A stretch of DNA of 64,000 nt from Tagaea sp. (lineage in GTDB: Bacteria > Pseudomonadota > Alphaproteobacteria > CACIAM-22H2): assembly GCA_965279525.1 (NCBI GenBank), contig CBDIIB010000004.1, positions 1,088,001 to 1,152,000 of the forward strand, given 5' to 3'. A program made the position numbers and the translations under genes. Within the stretch, counting starts at the first letter, position 1, and the number at the start of each line of letters is the position of its first letter. The notes under the pieces are model-generated. The model searched no databases. It saw only the letters and a list, made by a program, of their open reading frames with translations, and had not been told where the DNA came from. Positions 21,362 to 29,350 of this stretch are shown here, piece by piece.

Positions 21362-22306
21362 ATGCTGAAGCGTCCGTTCACTGGCGTGATCGCCGCCCCG
21401 TTGCTGCCCATGCACGACGACCAATCGGTCGACTGGACCACGCTCGAGCGCTACATGGACTGGATCGCCGGTCAGAACCCGGCCGCCATCGCGATGAACA
21501 TGGATGCCTCGGAAGTGATCTCGCTGACCGAGGACGAACAGTTCGAGGTCGTGCGCGTGTGCCGGGCCGGCATCGGCGGCCGCGTGCCCTTCCTGTCGGG
21601 TATCGTCGCGGGCTCGACGGCGGCCGCGGCTGCCAAGGCCGTGAAGCTGCGCGATGCCGGCGTGGAAGGCTTCGCGATCTTCCCGCCCTTCCCCACGTTC
21701 AGCGGCGCACCCGTGCCCGAGCAGATGATCGTGCGCTACCACCGCGCGATCGCCGACGCCTCGGGCCTGCCGATCATCTGCTTCCAGTTCCCCAAGAACT
21801 GGGGCCCGGACTACACGCCCGAGATCCTGCGCGCCATCGCCGAGATCCCGCAGCTCGTCGCGATCAAGGAATCCTCGTTCGACGTGACGCAGACACTGTC
21901 CACCATCAGCGGTGCTGCCAATCTGAAGCGGCCCATCGGCGTGCTGACGGGCAGCGACACCTTCATCTTCGAGGCGATGGTGATGGGCTGCGACGGCGCC
22001 CTGATCGGCTTCGGCGGCACGGCCACCGCCGAACTCGTCGCCATGCACGCGGCCGTGAAGCGCGGCGACATCTCGGCCGGCAAGGCGATCTGGGACCGGC
22101 TCGGCCCGCTCGCCCGCTGGTGCTGGCGCCCGCCGATCCGCGACTTCCGCCCGCGCATGAAGGAAGCGCTGAAGCTCCAGGGCATCTTCCCGTCGGCCAT
22201 GTGCCGCGAGCCGCAGCTTGGCGTCGACGATGCCGACCGGCGCGAGATCGCCGCGATCCTGAAGACGGCCGGCATGCTGGGAACGGGCATGCGCAAGGCC
22301 GGATGA
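21362..22306 (+). CDS. Dihydrodipicolinate synthase (DapA/NAL)-family protein with atypical active site
   Basis: SVDWTTLERYMDW, GRVPFLSGI, AIADASGLPII, VAIKES (Schiff-base Lys), LTGSD, MGCDGALIG; GAAGGAG RBS before ATG 21362. Confidence 0.88.
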   Translation: MLKRPFTGVIAAPLLPMHDDQSVDWTTLERYMDWIAGQNPAAIAMNMDASEVISLTEDEQFEVVRVCRAGIGGRVPFLSGIVAGSTAAAAAKAVKLRDAGVEGFAIFPPFPTFSGAPVPEQMIVRYHRAIADASGLPIICFQFPKNWGPDYTPEILRAIAEIPQLVAIKESSFDVTQTLSTISGAANLKRPIGVLTGSDTFIFEAMVMGCDGALIGFGGTATAELVAMHAAVKRGDISAGKAIWDRLGPLARWCWRPPIRDFRPRMKEALKLQGIFPSAMCREPQLGVDDADRREIAAILKTAGMLGTGMRKAG

Positions 22307-22403
22307 GTTGACGGGTGTTGACGGGGCGTTGACCGTCAACACGCATCCCGTTGGAATTGCTCGATAGCCAGTTGACGGCGACCGGATCTGCTTGACCGTC
22401 AAC
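22307..22403. repeat. Cluster of GTTGAC/GTCAAC direct and inverted repeats
   Basis: GTTGAC at 22307, 22317, 22328 and 22371; two TTGACCGTCAAC units (22329-22340, 22392-22403). Confidence 0.75.
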
Positions 22404-22477
22404 CAAACTTTGCGCCCGGCCGCTCCGCTTCACGATGTCAAACAGCGCACGGCCGGATGGTCTCGGCCGATGCGAGG

Positions 22478-22506
22478 ACTCTAATCTGGATCAGGACTAA
22501 ATACAA
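22478..22506 (-). promoter_or_regulatory. Sigma70-like promoter with no annotated gene downstream
   Basis: Minus strand TTGTAT-N17-TAGAGT with an AT-rich upstream stretch. Confidence 0.45.
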
Positions 22507-22538
22507 CTATAAATACTTATGTAGGATCTCGCACAGAT

Positions 22539-22635
22539 ACCCTCACCCCTGCCCTCTCCCGCAAGCGGGAGAGGGGGACGTCAGCATCGGTGTGATCCCC
22601 TCTCCCGCTTTGCGGGAGAGGGTTAGGGTGAGGGT
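22539..22635. repeat. REP-like inverted doublet (CCCTCACCC...CCCTCTCCC-GGGAGAGGG family)
   Basis: ACCCTCACCCCTGCCCTCTCCCGCAAGCGGGAGAGGG and its inverted copy CCCTCTCCCGCTTTGCGGGAGAGGGTTAGGGTGAGGGT between convergent genes. Confidence 0.85.
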
Positions 22636-22642
22636 GAACGCT

Positions 22643-23062
22643 CTAACGCGGTGCTGCAACCTGCGTCCGGAGCTTCGCAAGAAACGCGCGCTTGTCGCGT
22701 TTCGCCCACGTCGCGTAGCTCCACGCCCCTTGTGCCGCGACGAGCGTGCCGCTGCCGTCGTCGACATAGAGGATCGCGGACAACGTCTTCCCGCTGGCGA
22801 CGATCTCGACCTTCGTGCGCCGATAGCCGTCGCCTTCATAGGCGTCGAGCAGACGCCCGGCGGCGGCGGAAAGACCGCGTGCCAGCACGCCTTCCATCTC
22901 CGCTTTCGGATCGGGGCGCGCGATGGGAAAGGTCACGCCTTTGGCGGCGAAGCGCCGCCAGCCGGGCAGCGTGGCGGGTTCGACCGTTTCGGGCGCAAGC
23001 CGGCCCAGCACGGCCCGGCGCACGTCCGGGTCGATCAGGGTGCCGTAGAAGAAGAAACGCAT
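22643..23062 (-). CDS. Gamma-glutamylcyclotransferase (AIG2-like) family protein
   Basis: MRFFFYGTL, LDAYEGDGYRR; TGATG coupling to pgm. Confidence 0.85.
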   Translation of the reverse strand: MRFFFYGTLIDPDVRRAVLGRLAPETVEPATLPGWRRFAAKGVTFPIARPDPKAEMEGVLARGLSAAAGRLLDAYEGDGYRRTKVEIVASGKTLSAILYVDDGSGTLVAAQGAWSYATWAKRDKRAFLAKLRTQVAAPR

Positions 23063-24462
23063 CAGTGCCCGGATGCTGCGTCTTCGGGCAGGGCCACGCC
23101 CGACTTGCCGAGCTGTGCTTCGAGATCGCGCGTGAGCCTTGCAAGGGCCGCCTCGCTCTTCGCCTCGCAGCGTGCCACGAGCACGTCCTGCGTGTTCGAC
23201 GCGCGCAGCAGCCACCAGCCGTCGGCGGTGTTGACGCGCACGCCGTCGACGTCGCTGAACGTCGCCCCGGCGGCTTTCAGGCGGGCCGCCACTTCGTCGA
23301 CCACGCCGCGCTTGCGCGTGTCGGCGCACGGGAAGCGCAGCTCGGGCGTGTTGACCACGGCCGGCATGCGGTCGCGGAACTGGGCGAGCGTCGTCGGGCC
23401 CGTCGACAGGATCTTGAGCAGGCGCAGGCCTGCATACATCGCGTCGTCGAAACCGTACCAGCCGTCGGCGAAGAAGATGTGGCCCGACATCTCGCCCGCG
23501 AGCGGGGCCACCGTCTCGACCATCTTGGTCTTGATGATCGAATGGCCGGTCTTCCACATCAACGGCTTGCCGCCCATGCGGGCGATCTCGTCGAACAGCA
23601 CCTGGCTTGCCTTGACGTCGGCGATGATCGTCGAGCCCGGCAGGCGGGCGAGGATCTCGGACGCGAGCACGGCGATCAGCTGGTCGCCCCACAGGATGCG
23701 GGCCTGCCCGTCGACCACGCCGATGCGGTCGCCGTCGCCGTCGAACGCGATGCCGAGATCGGCCTTCTCGCGCAGCACCGCTTCCTGGAGCTGGACGAGA
23801 TTCTTGGCGACCGTCGGATCGGGATGGTGGGCCGGGAAATTGCCGTCGATCTTCTCGTTGAGCAGGATGTGCCGGCCCGGCAGGCGCTTGGCCACCGCGA
23901 CGAGCACGTCGCCCATCGAGCCGTTCCCGGCATCCCACACGACGGTGAGCGGGCGCGCATCCTTGGGATAGTCGCGCAGCAGGCGGTCGATATAGGCGGC
24001 CACGACCGCGATGTCCGAGACATTGCCCGTGCCGGTGGCGACGCTGCCTTCGGCCGTGCGCTTGCCCATCGCCTGGATGTCGGCCCCCCAGAACGACGCC
24101 TTGGCGAGCATCATCTTGAAGCCGTTGTAATCCGACGGATTGTGCGAGCCGGTGATCATCACGCCGCCGTCGAGATGGTTCTCGCGCACGGCGTAGTAAA
24201 GCTGCGGCGTGGGGCCGAGCCCGCTGCGCAGCACCTCAAGTCCGCAATCGGCAAGCCCGGCCACGACCTTGGCCGCCATCGCCGGCGACGAATGCCGCCC
24301 GTCCCAACCCACCGCCACGCGCTTGCCGCCCTTGTCGACAAGGGCCGAGCCGAAGCCGCGGCCGATCGCGTAGGCGTCGGCCTCGTGCAGCGTCTTGCCG
24401 ACGATGCCGCGCACGTCGTATTCGCGCAGGATCGTCGCCTCGAAGGCGTGGCGGAAGCTCAT
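23062..24462 (-). CDS. Phosphomannomutase/phosphoglucomutase
   Basis: REYDVRG, ITGSHNP, FDGDGDR, GEMSGH, RASNTQ; start ATG 24462. Confidence 0.95.
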   Translation of the reverse strand: MSFRHAFEATILREYDVRGIVGKTLHEADAYAIGRGFGSALVDKGGKRVAVGWDGRHSSPAMAAKVVAGLADCGLEVLRSGLGPTPQLYYAVRENHLDGGVMITGSHNPSDYNGFKMMLAKASFWGADIQAMGKRTAEGSVATGTGNVSDIAVVAAYIDRLLRDYPKDARPLTVVWDAGNGSMGDVLVAVAKRLPGRHILLNEKIDGNFPAHHPDPTVAKNLVQLQEAVLREKADLGIAFDGDGDRIGVVDGQARILWGDQLIAVLASEILARLPGSTIIADVKASQVLFDEIARMGGKPLMWKTGHSIIKTKMVETVAPLAGEMSGHIFFADGWYGFDDAMYAGLRLLKILSTGPTTLAQFRDRMPAVVNTPELRFPCADTRKRGVVDEVAARLKAAGATFSDVDGVRVNTADGWWLLRASNTQDVLVARCEAKSEAALARLTRDLEAQLGKSGVALPEDAASGH

Positions 24463-25793
24463 TCGCTGGTCCCCGTCCCCTTCGCGGTGCGCGGACGGCC
24501 GATCGAATGGTAGTCGAACCCGGCCGCCGCCATGTCGGCCGGCGAATAGACGTTGCGCAGATCGACGATGACCGGCGTCTTCATCAGCTTCTTGACGCGG
24601 TCGAGCTGCAGCGACCGGAACTGGTTCCATTCGGTGACGATGACCAGCGCGTCGGCGCCCGCCATCGTGGCGTAGGCGTCGGCCGCCAGTTCCACGCCCG
24701 GCAGCATGTGCTTGGCCTCGTGCATGCCTTCCGGGTCGTAGGCGACGACGCGCGCACCGGCGGCCTGCAGGGCCGGCAGGATGTCGAGCGACGGGCTATC
24801 GCGCATGTCGTCGGTGTTCGGCTTGAACGTGAGGCCGAGCACGGCGACCGTCTTGCCCTTGACCGAACCGCCGCACGCGGCGACGACCTTGTCGGCCATG
24901 CTCTTCTTGCGCTTGTCGTTGATGTCGACGACCGTCTCGATGATGCGCAAGGGCGCACCATAGTCCTGTGCCGTCTTGACCAGGGCCAGCGTGTCCTTCG
25001 GGAAGCACGAGCCGCCATAGCCGGGGCCGGGATGCAGGAACTTCTTGCCGATGCGCCCGTCGAGGCCGATGCCCTTGGCGACGTCGTGCACGTCGGCACC
25101 CACCTTCTCGCACAGGTCGGCGATCTCGTTGATGAACGTGATCTTGGCGGCAAGGAACGTGTTGGCCGCGTACTTGATGAGCTCGGACGTCTCCAGCGAC
25201 GTGAAGACGATGGGCGTCTCGATGAGATACAGCGGGCGGTAGAGCTGGCGCATCACTTCGCGCGCGCGCTCGCTCTCGCAGCCGATGACCACGCGGTCGG
25301 GCCGCATGAAGTCGCCGATCGCGGCACCCTCGCGCAGGAACTCCGGGTTCGAGGCCACGTCGAACTTGGCGTCGGGGCGCACGGCGCGGATGCGGCGCGC
25401 GACTTCGCGACCCGTTCCCACCGGAACGGTCGACTTGGTGACGACGACGGCGTAGCCCGTCAGCGCGCGGCCGATTTCCTCTGCGGCGGCATAGACGTAG
25501 GAAAGATCGGCGTGCCCGTCGCCGCGGCGCGACGGCGTTCCGACGGCGATGAACACCGCGTCGGCACCCGGCACGGCTTCGGCGAGGTTCGTCGTGAAGC
25601 TGAGGCGCCCGGCCTTGACGTTCGTCTCGACCAGCTTGTCGAGGCCCGGCTCGAAGATCGGGATGCCGCCCGCCTTCAGGCGCGCGATCTTGGCTTCGTC
25701 CTTGTCGACGCACACGACATCGACGCCGAATTCCGAGAAACAGGCCCCGGTCACCAGACCCACGTAGCCGGTGCCGACCATGACGATACGCAT
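24459..25793 (-). CDS. ugd: UDP-glucose 6-dehydrogenase
   Basis: GTGYVG, KSTVPVGT, SNPEFLREG, GYGGSCFPKD, FKPNTDDMR. Confidence 0.95.
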   Translation of the reverse strand: MRIVMVGTGYVGLVTGACFSEFGVDVVCVDKDEAKIARLKAGGIPIFEPGLDKLVETNVKAGRLSFTTNLAEAVPGADAVFIAVGTPSRRGDGHADLSYVYAAAEEIGRALTGYAVVVTKSTVPVGTGREVARRIRAVRPDAKFDVASNPEFLREGAAIGDFMRPDRVVIGCESERAREVMRQLYRPLYLIETPIVFTSLETSELIKYAANTFLAAKITFINEIADLCEKVGADVHDVAKGIGLDGRIGKKFLHPGPGYGGSCFPKDTLALVKTAQDYGAPLRIIETVVDINDKRKKSMADKVVAACGGSVKGKTVAVLGLTFKPNTDDMRDSPSLDILPALQAAGARVVAYDPEGMHEAKHMLPGVELAADAYATMAGADALVIVTEWNQFRSLQLDRVKKLMKTPVIVDLRNVYSPADMAAAGFDYHSIGRPRTAKGTGTSE

Positions 25794-25979
25794 CGTTCAA
25801 ATCCTCGCGACGAACCCTGGACCTTCGCGCGCACAACGCCGCGCCGGTGCGTCCCATTCCCCTCAAGGAAGGACGCGGCGCTGGGTACCAAGACAGCGCC
25901 CGGAAGTCGAGAGATTCGACGCCCGCACGACAATAAGCCTTTGAAATGCCTTAATTCACGCCCGACGGTCGCCCGGCGT

Positions 25980-26849
25980 TCAGGCGTACCGCTTCACGAC
26001 GGCCTTGGCGGCGGCACCGAGGTCGGCCCGGTCGAGCGCGAAGGCGATCTGGGCTTCGAAAAAGCCGATCTTGTCGCCGCAGTCGAAACGCTGGCCCTCG
26101 AAGCGGAAGCCGTGGAACGGGCTGGTGCCGATCATCGGGATCAGGGAGTCGGTGAGCTGGATCTCGCCGCCCGCCCCCTTGGTCTTGCGATCGAGGAAGC
26201 CGAACACGGCCGGCTCGAGGATGTAGCGGCCGATGACCGCAAGCGTCGAAGGGGCCGCTTCGGGCTTGGGCTTCTCGACGAGGCCCTTCACCTGCACCAG
26301 CCGCCCGTCATCCTTGCCCGGCGACAGGATGCCATAGCGCTGCGTGTGCTCCTTGGCGACGTCCATCACCGCGACCATGTTGCCGCGTACTTCGGGATAG
26401 ATGTCGCACATCTGCTTCAGGGCCGGCGTCTTGGCGAGAATGAGGTCGTCGGCCAGAAGCACCGCGAACGGCTCGTCACCGACCAGATCGCGCGCGCACC
26501 ACACCGCATGCCCCAGCCCCAGCGGAACCTGCTGGCGGGTATAGGCGACGTCGCCGGCCGGCGGCAGCCAGGCGCGCAGCGCTTCGAGCTCGGCAGTCTT
26601 GCCGCGGCTTTCCAGCGTGTGCTCGAGCTCGTAGGAATGGTCGAAATGGTCCTCGATCGTCGTCTTGCCGCGCCCGGTGACGAAGATGAATTCCTCGATG
26701 CCCGCCGCGCGCGCTTCTTCGACCGCGTACTGGATCAGCGGCTTGTCGACGACCGGCAGCATCTCCTTGGGCATCGCCTTGGTGGCGGGAAGGAAACGGG
26801 TGCCGAGACCGCCGACGGGGAAGATGGCCTTGCGTACGCGGAGCTTCAT
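25980..26849 (-). CDS. galU: UTP--glucose-1-phosphate uridylyltransferase
   Basis: GGLGTRFLPATKAMPKEMLP, LGLGHAV, VEKP, GEIQLTD. Confidence 0.96.
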   Translation of the reverse strand: MKLRVRKAIFPVGGLGTRFLPATKAMPKEMLPVVDKPLIQYAVEEARAAGIEEFIFVTGRGKTTIEDHFDHSYELEHTLESRGKTAELEALRAWLPPAGDVAYTRQQVPLGLGHAVWCARDLVGDEPFAVLLADDLILAKTPALKQMCDIYPEVRGNMVAVMDVAKEHTQRYGILSPGKDDGRLVQVKGLVEKPKPEAAPSTLAVIGRYILEPAVFGFLDRKTKGAGGEIQLTDSLIPMIGTSPFHGFRFEGQRFDCGDKIGFFEAQIAFALDRADLGAAAKAVVKRYA

Positions 26850-26945
26850 GGGTCGAGGTTCCCGGAAGGGTGTTGTGTCCGCTGCCATAACGCGCGGACC
26901 GAGGGGCTAATGCCATAGCCGGCCCCTCGGGGCAAGTTCACCCCC

Positions 26946-27644
26946 CTATTCGCCCAGCAGGATCCGCTTGGCCTCGTTGATCTTGGCGGCGAGGTAATCC
27001 GAGCCGCCATGGTCGGGATGCACCTTCAGCATCAGGCGGCGGTGGGCCGCCTTGACCGTGTCGATATCGGCCGTTTCGGGCACGCCGAGCAGGCGTGCGG
27101 CTTCCGCGCGGTCCATCGGGCCGGCCGAAGGCGCGGGGCCGGGGCCGGCGGAGGCACCGCGCCAGTCGGGATGCGTGCGGTCGAGATAGGCCTCCAGCAG
27201 CTGGCCCGCGTCCGGGTCGGCGAGCCGGCATTCGGCGAGCAGGGCCAGAAGCGAGGCCGCGTCCAATTCGGACAGCCGGCGGCCCTTGTAGGTCCCCTCG
27301 CGCACCAGCCCGTCCATGGCGCCGGTCGCGTGGTCGAGGCGCATGGCGAGCCACGCGGTCTCGACGTCGGAGCCTTCCTCGCCGGGTTCCGCCGATTTCG
27401 CCCGGCCGATGCGCCACGAATTGAACAGGCGGGCGAGCTGCGGCATGAAGAACGTGCCCAGTGCCAGCACGCTCCACAGCCGCCCGGTCACCATCAGCCA
27501 GAGCGCGCCGACGGCACCAAGCCCCGCACCGGCGATCTTGGCGCCCGCGATGATCTTCTTGGGCGGCGTTTCGGCCAATCCCTTCAGCAGCGCCCAGACG
27601 ACGAACGCGATCGCCACGCCGCCGATCATGTAGAGGAAGAACAT
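26946..27644 (-). CDS. Membrane-anchored protein with a C-terminal J-domain (Pam18/Tim14-like)
   Basis: N-terminal hydrophobic helices; MDRAEAARLLG...AHRRLMLKVHPDHGGSDYLAAKINEAK. Confidence 0.88.
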   Translation of the reverse strand: MFFLYMIGGVAIAFVVWALLKGLAETPPKKIIAGAKIAGAGLGAVGALWLMVTGRLWSVLALGTFFMPQLARLFNSWRIGRAKSAEPGEEGSDVETAWLAMRLDHATGAMDGLVREGTYKGRRLSELDAASLLALLAECRLADPDAGQLLEAYLDRTHPDWRGASAGPGPAPSAGPMDRAEAARLLGVPETADIDTVKAAHRRLMLKVHPDHGGSDYLAAKINEAKRILLGE

Positions 27645-27648
27645 CGCG

Positions 27649-28353
27649 CTATTTCACCTGTGCCAGCAGCAAGCGGGCGGAAGCCCCGCGCAGCTTGGTG
27701 AAATCGGCAAGGGCGGCACGCCCGCCGGCCGCGAAGGCGGCGGCCGCCGCGAGCAGTTCCTTCAGCATGTCGGCCGAGCTTGCGTCGAACGGGCAATAGG
27801 CACCACCCGACAGGCGTGCCACGGCTTCCAGCGCCGCGCGCGCGACCGGCTCGCCGCCTTCGTGGAAGACGAAGACCGGCACGCCGGCAAGGCCGAGCTG
27901 GCCCGCAAGCCCGGCAAGCGTGTCGGCACTCTCCTCGACCGCGTCACCGATGAAGACGACGGCGTTCACTTTGCGCCGCTTGGTCTCGGCGAGCGAATGG
28001 CGCAGCACGTTGGCGATCTGGGTTTCGCCCGAAGCGCAGCGCACGCGGCCCATGCGCTCGACCAGCTCCGCTCCGCTCGACACGAACGGCGAAGCGACGA
28101 AATCGACGAGGCCGCCGTAATGGACGAGCTGGATCTCGATCCCGCCCAGATCGCGCGTGGCGAGGAACATCTCGCCCTGGATGCGCGCGGCCCGCTCCCA
28201 GCTCGGCTCGCGGCTGGCAGTCGCGTCCATCGCGAAGATGAGCCGGCCGCGCCGCGCTGACGCCGCGACGGGAACGGGCAGCGACTTCGCCTTCGCAAGG
28301 AAGGCCGCGACGTCGGATCGCGCGGATTTGGCGGGTACGTTGCGGTCGGACAT
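27649..28353 (-). CDS. VWA domain-containing protein
   Basis: RLIFAMDATASR (MIDAS-like DxTxS), GETQI, VVFIGDA. Confidence 0.85.
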   Translation of the reverse strand: MSDRNVPAKSARSDVAAFLAKAKSLPVPVAASARRGRLIFAMDATASREPSWERAARIQGEMFLATRDLGGIEIQLVHYGGLVDFVASPFVSSGAELVERMGRVRCASGETQIANVLRHSLAETKRRKVNAVVFIGDAVEESADTLAGLAGQLGLAGVPVFVFHEGGEPVARAALEAVARLSGGAYCPFDASSADMLKELLAAAAAFAAGGRAALADFTKLRGASARLLLAQVK

Positions 28354-28386
28354 GCCCCTAGAGATAGGCGTCCGCGCGCCCCGGCG

Positions 28387-29304
28387 CTAGGGGGACGGGG
28401 CGGCCTGCGGCAGGGCCGTGGGAACGGCCGCCGGGACGGGTGCTTCGCGCAGGCCGATCGCGTGGATCATGCCGCGCACTTCCTGGCGCCCGGCGACGTG
28501 GCTCATGGTCAGCGGCGTGCTGATGCCGCGCTCGCGCAGGTCGAGCAGCGTGAGGCCCGAGAGGAACAACTCGCGGAACACGACCCGGTCGCCCAGCCCG
28601 ACCGCCTGGCGGAAGCCGAAGCGGCGCGAAAGCGCGTCGAGGGCGGACCCCATGTTGCGCTTGTTGCGCGCGTCGACCGCGTGCAGGCGGTTGCGCACGA
28701 CGATCCAGTCGATCGACTCGCCGTTGCGCTTCGCGCGCACCTTGCGCTGCTCCCACACCATCGCGCTATAGGCCGACGGACAGATGATCTTCAGCGTCAC
28801 CGGCTCCACCTTCGCGATGAGGTCGAGATCGATGAAGCTGTCGTTCATCGGCGTGACCAGCGTGTCGGCATAGGAATGGGCGACCCTGCTCAGCGTCTGG
28901 TCGGAACCCGGCGTGTCGATGACGATCGCCTCGCAGCGTGCCGAAAGCTCGCCGATCGCCGTCTCGATGCGCGCGGTCTCGTCGGCGATCCCGTCCTCGC
29001 CCAGCGACTTCGAGCGCGGGATCAGCCGGTGGTCGGGCATCGGCAGCGGGAGCTTCAGCTTCTCCATCGTCTGGGCGCGGTTCTCGAGATAGCGGGTCAG
29101 CGTCGCCTGGCGGGAGTCGACGTCGATCGAGCCGACGCGCACGCCCTCGCGCAGCAGGCCCACGACGAGGTGCATGGCGACGGTGGACTTGCCCGACCCG
29201 CCCTTTTCGTTGCCCAGCACGATCACGCGCGCCCGCCGCCGTTCAGGGGCAAGCGGCGGCGATTCCTGCAAAATTTCCGATATGGAGCCCGAATCGGCGG
29301 TCAT
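28387..29304 (-). CDS. mipZ: Division plane positioning ATPase MipZ
   Basis: GNEKGGSGKST, IDTPG, ADTLVTPMNDSFID, DWIVVRNR, RVVFRELF. Confidence 0.92.
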   Translation of the reverse strand: MTADSGSISEILQESPPLAPERRRARVIVLGNEKGGSGKSTVAMHLVVGLLREGVRVGSIDVDSRQATLTRYLENRAQTMEKLKLPLPMPDHRLIPRSKSLGEDGIADETARIETAIGELSARCEAIVIDTPGSDQTLSRVAHSYADTLVTPMNDSFIDLDLIAKVEPVTLKIICPSAYSAMVWEQRKVRAKRNGESIDWIVVRNRLHAVDARNKRNMGSALDALSRRFGFRQAVGLGDRVVFRELFLSGLTLLDLRERGISTPLTMSHVAGRQEVRGMIHAIGLREAPVPAAVPTALPQAAPSP

Positions 29305-29350
29305 AACTCTAGTCTACCGTGTTCCGACGGGTTTAATCTTGCCCACGTAA

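Noticed and set aside
22307-22403. CRISPR mini-array
   Set aside because: Repeats are only 6-12 bp with irregular spacing and mixed orientation; no cas genes.
21963-22433. 156-aa minus-strand ORF downstream of the cryptic promoter
   Set aside because: Mostly antisense to the DHDPS-like gene, Arg/Pro-rich and without an RBS; not accepted as a CDS.
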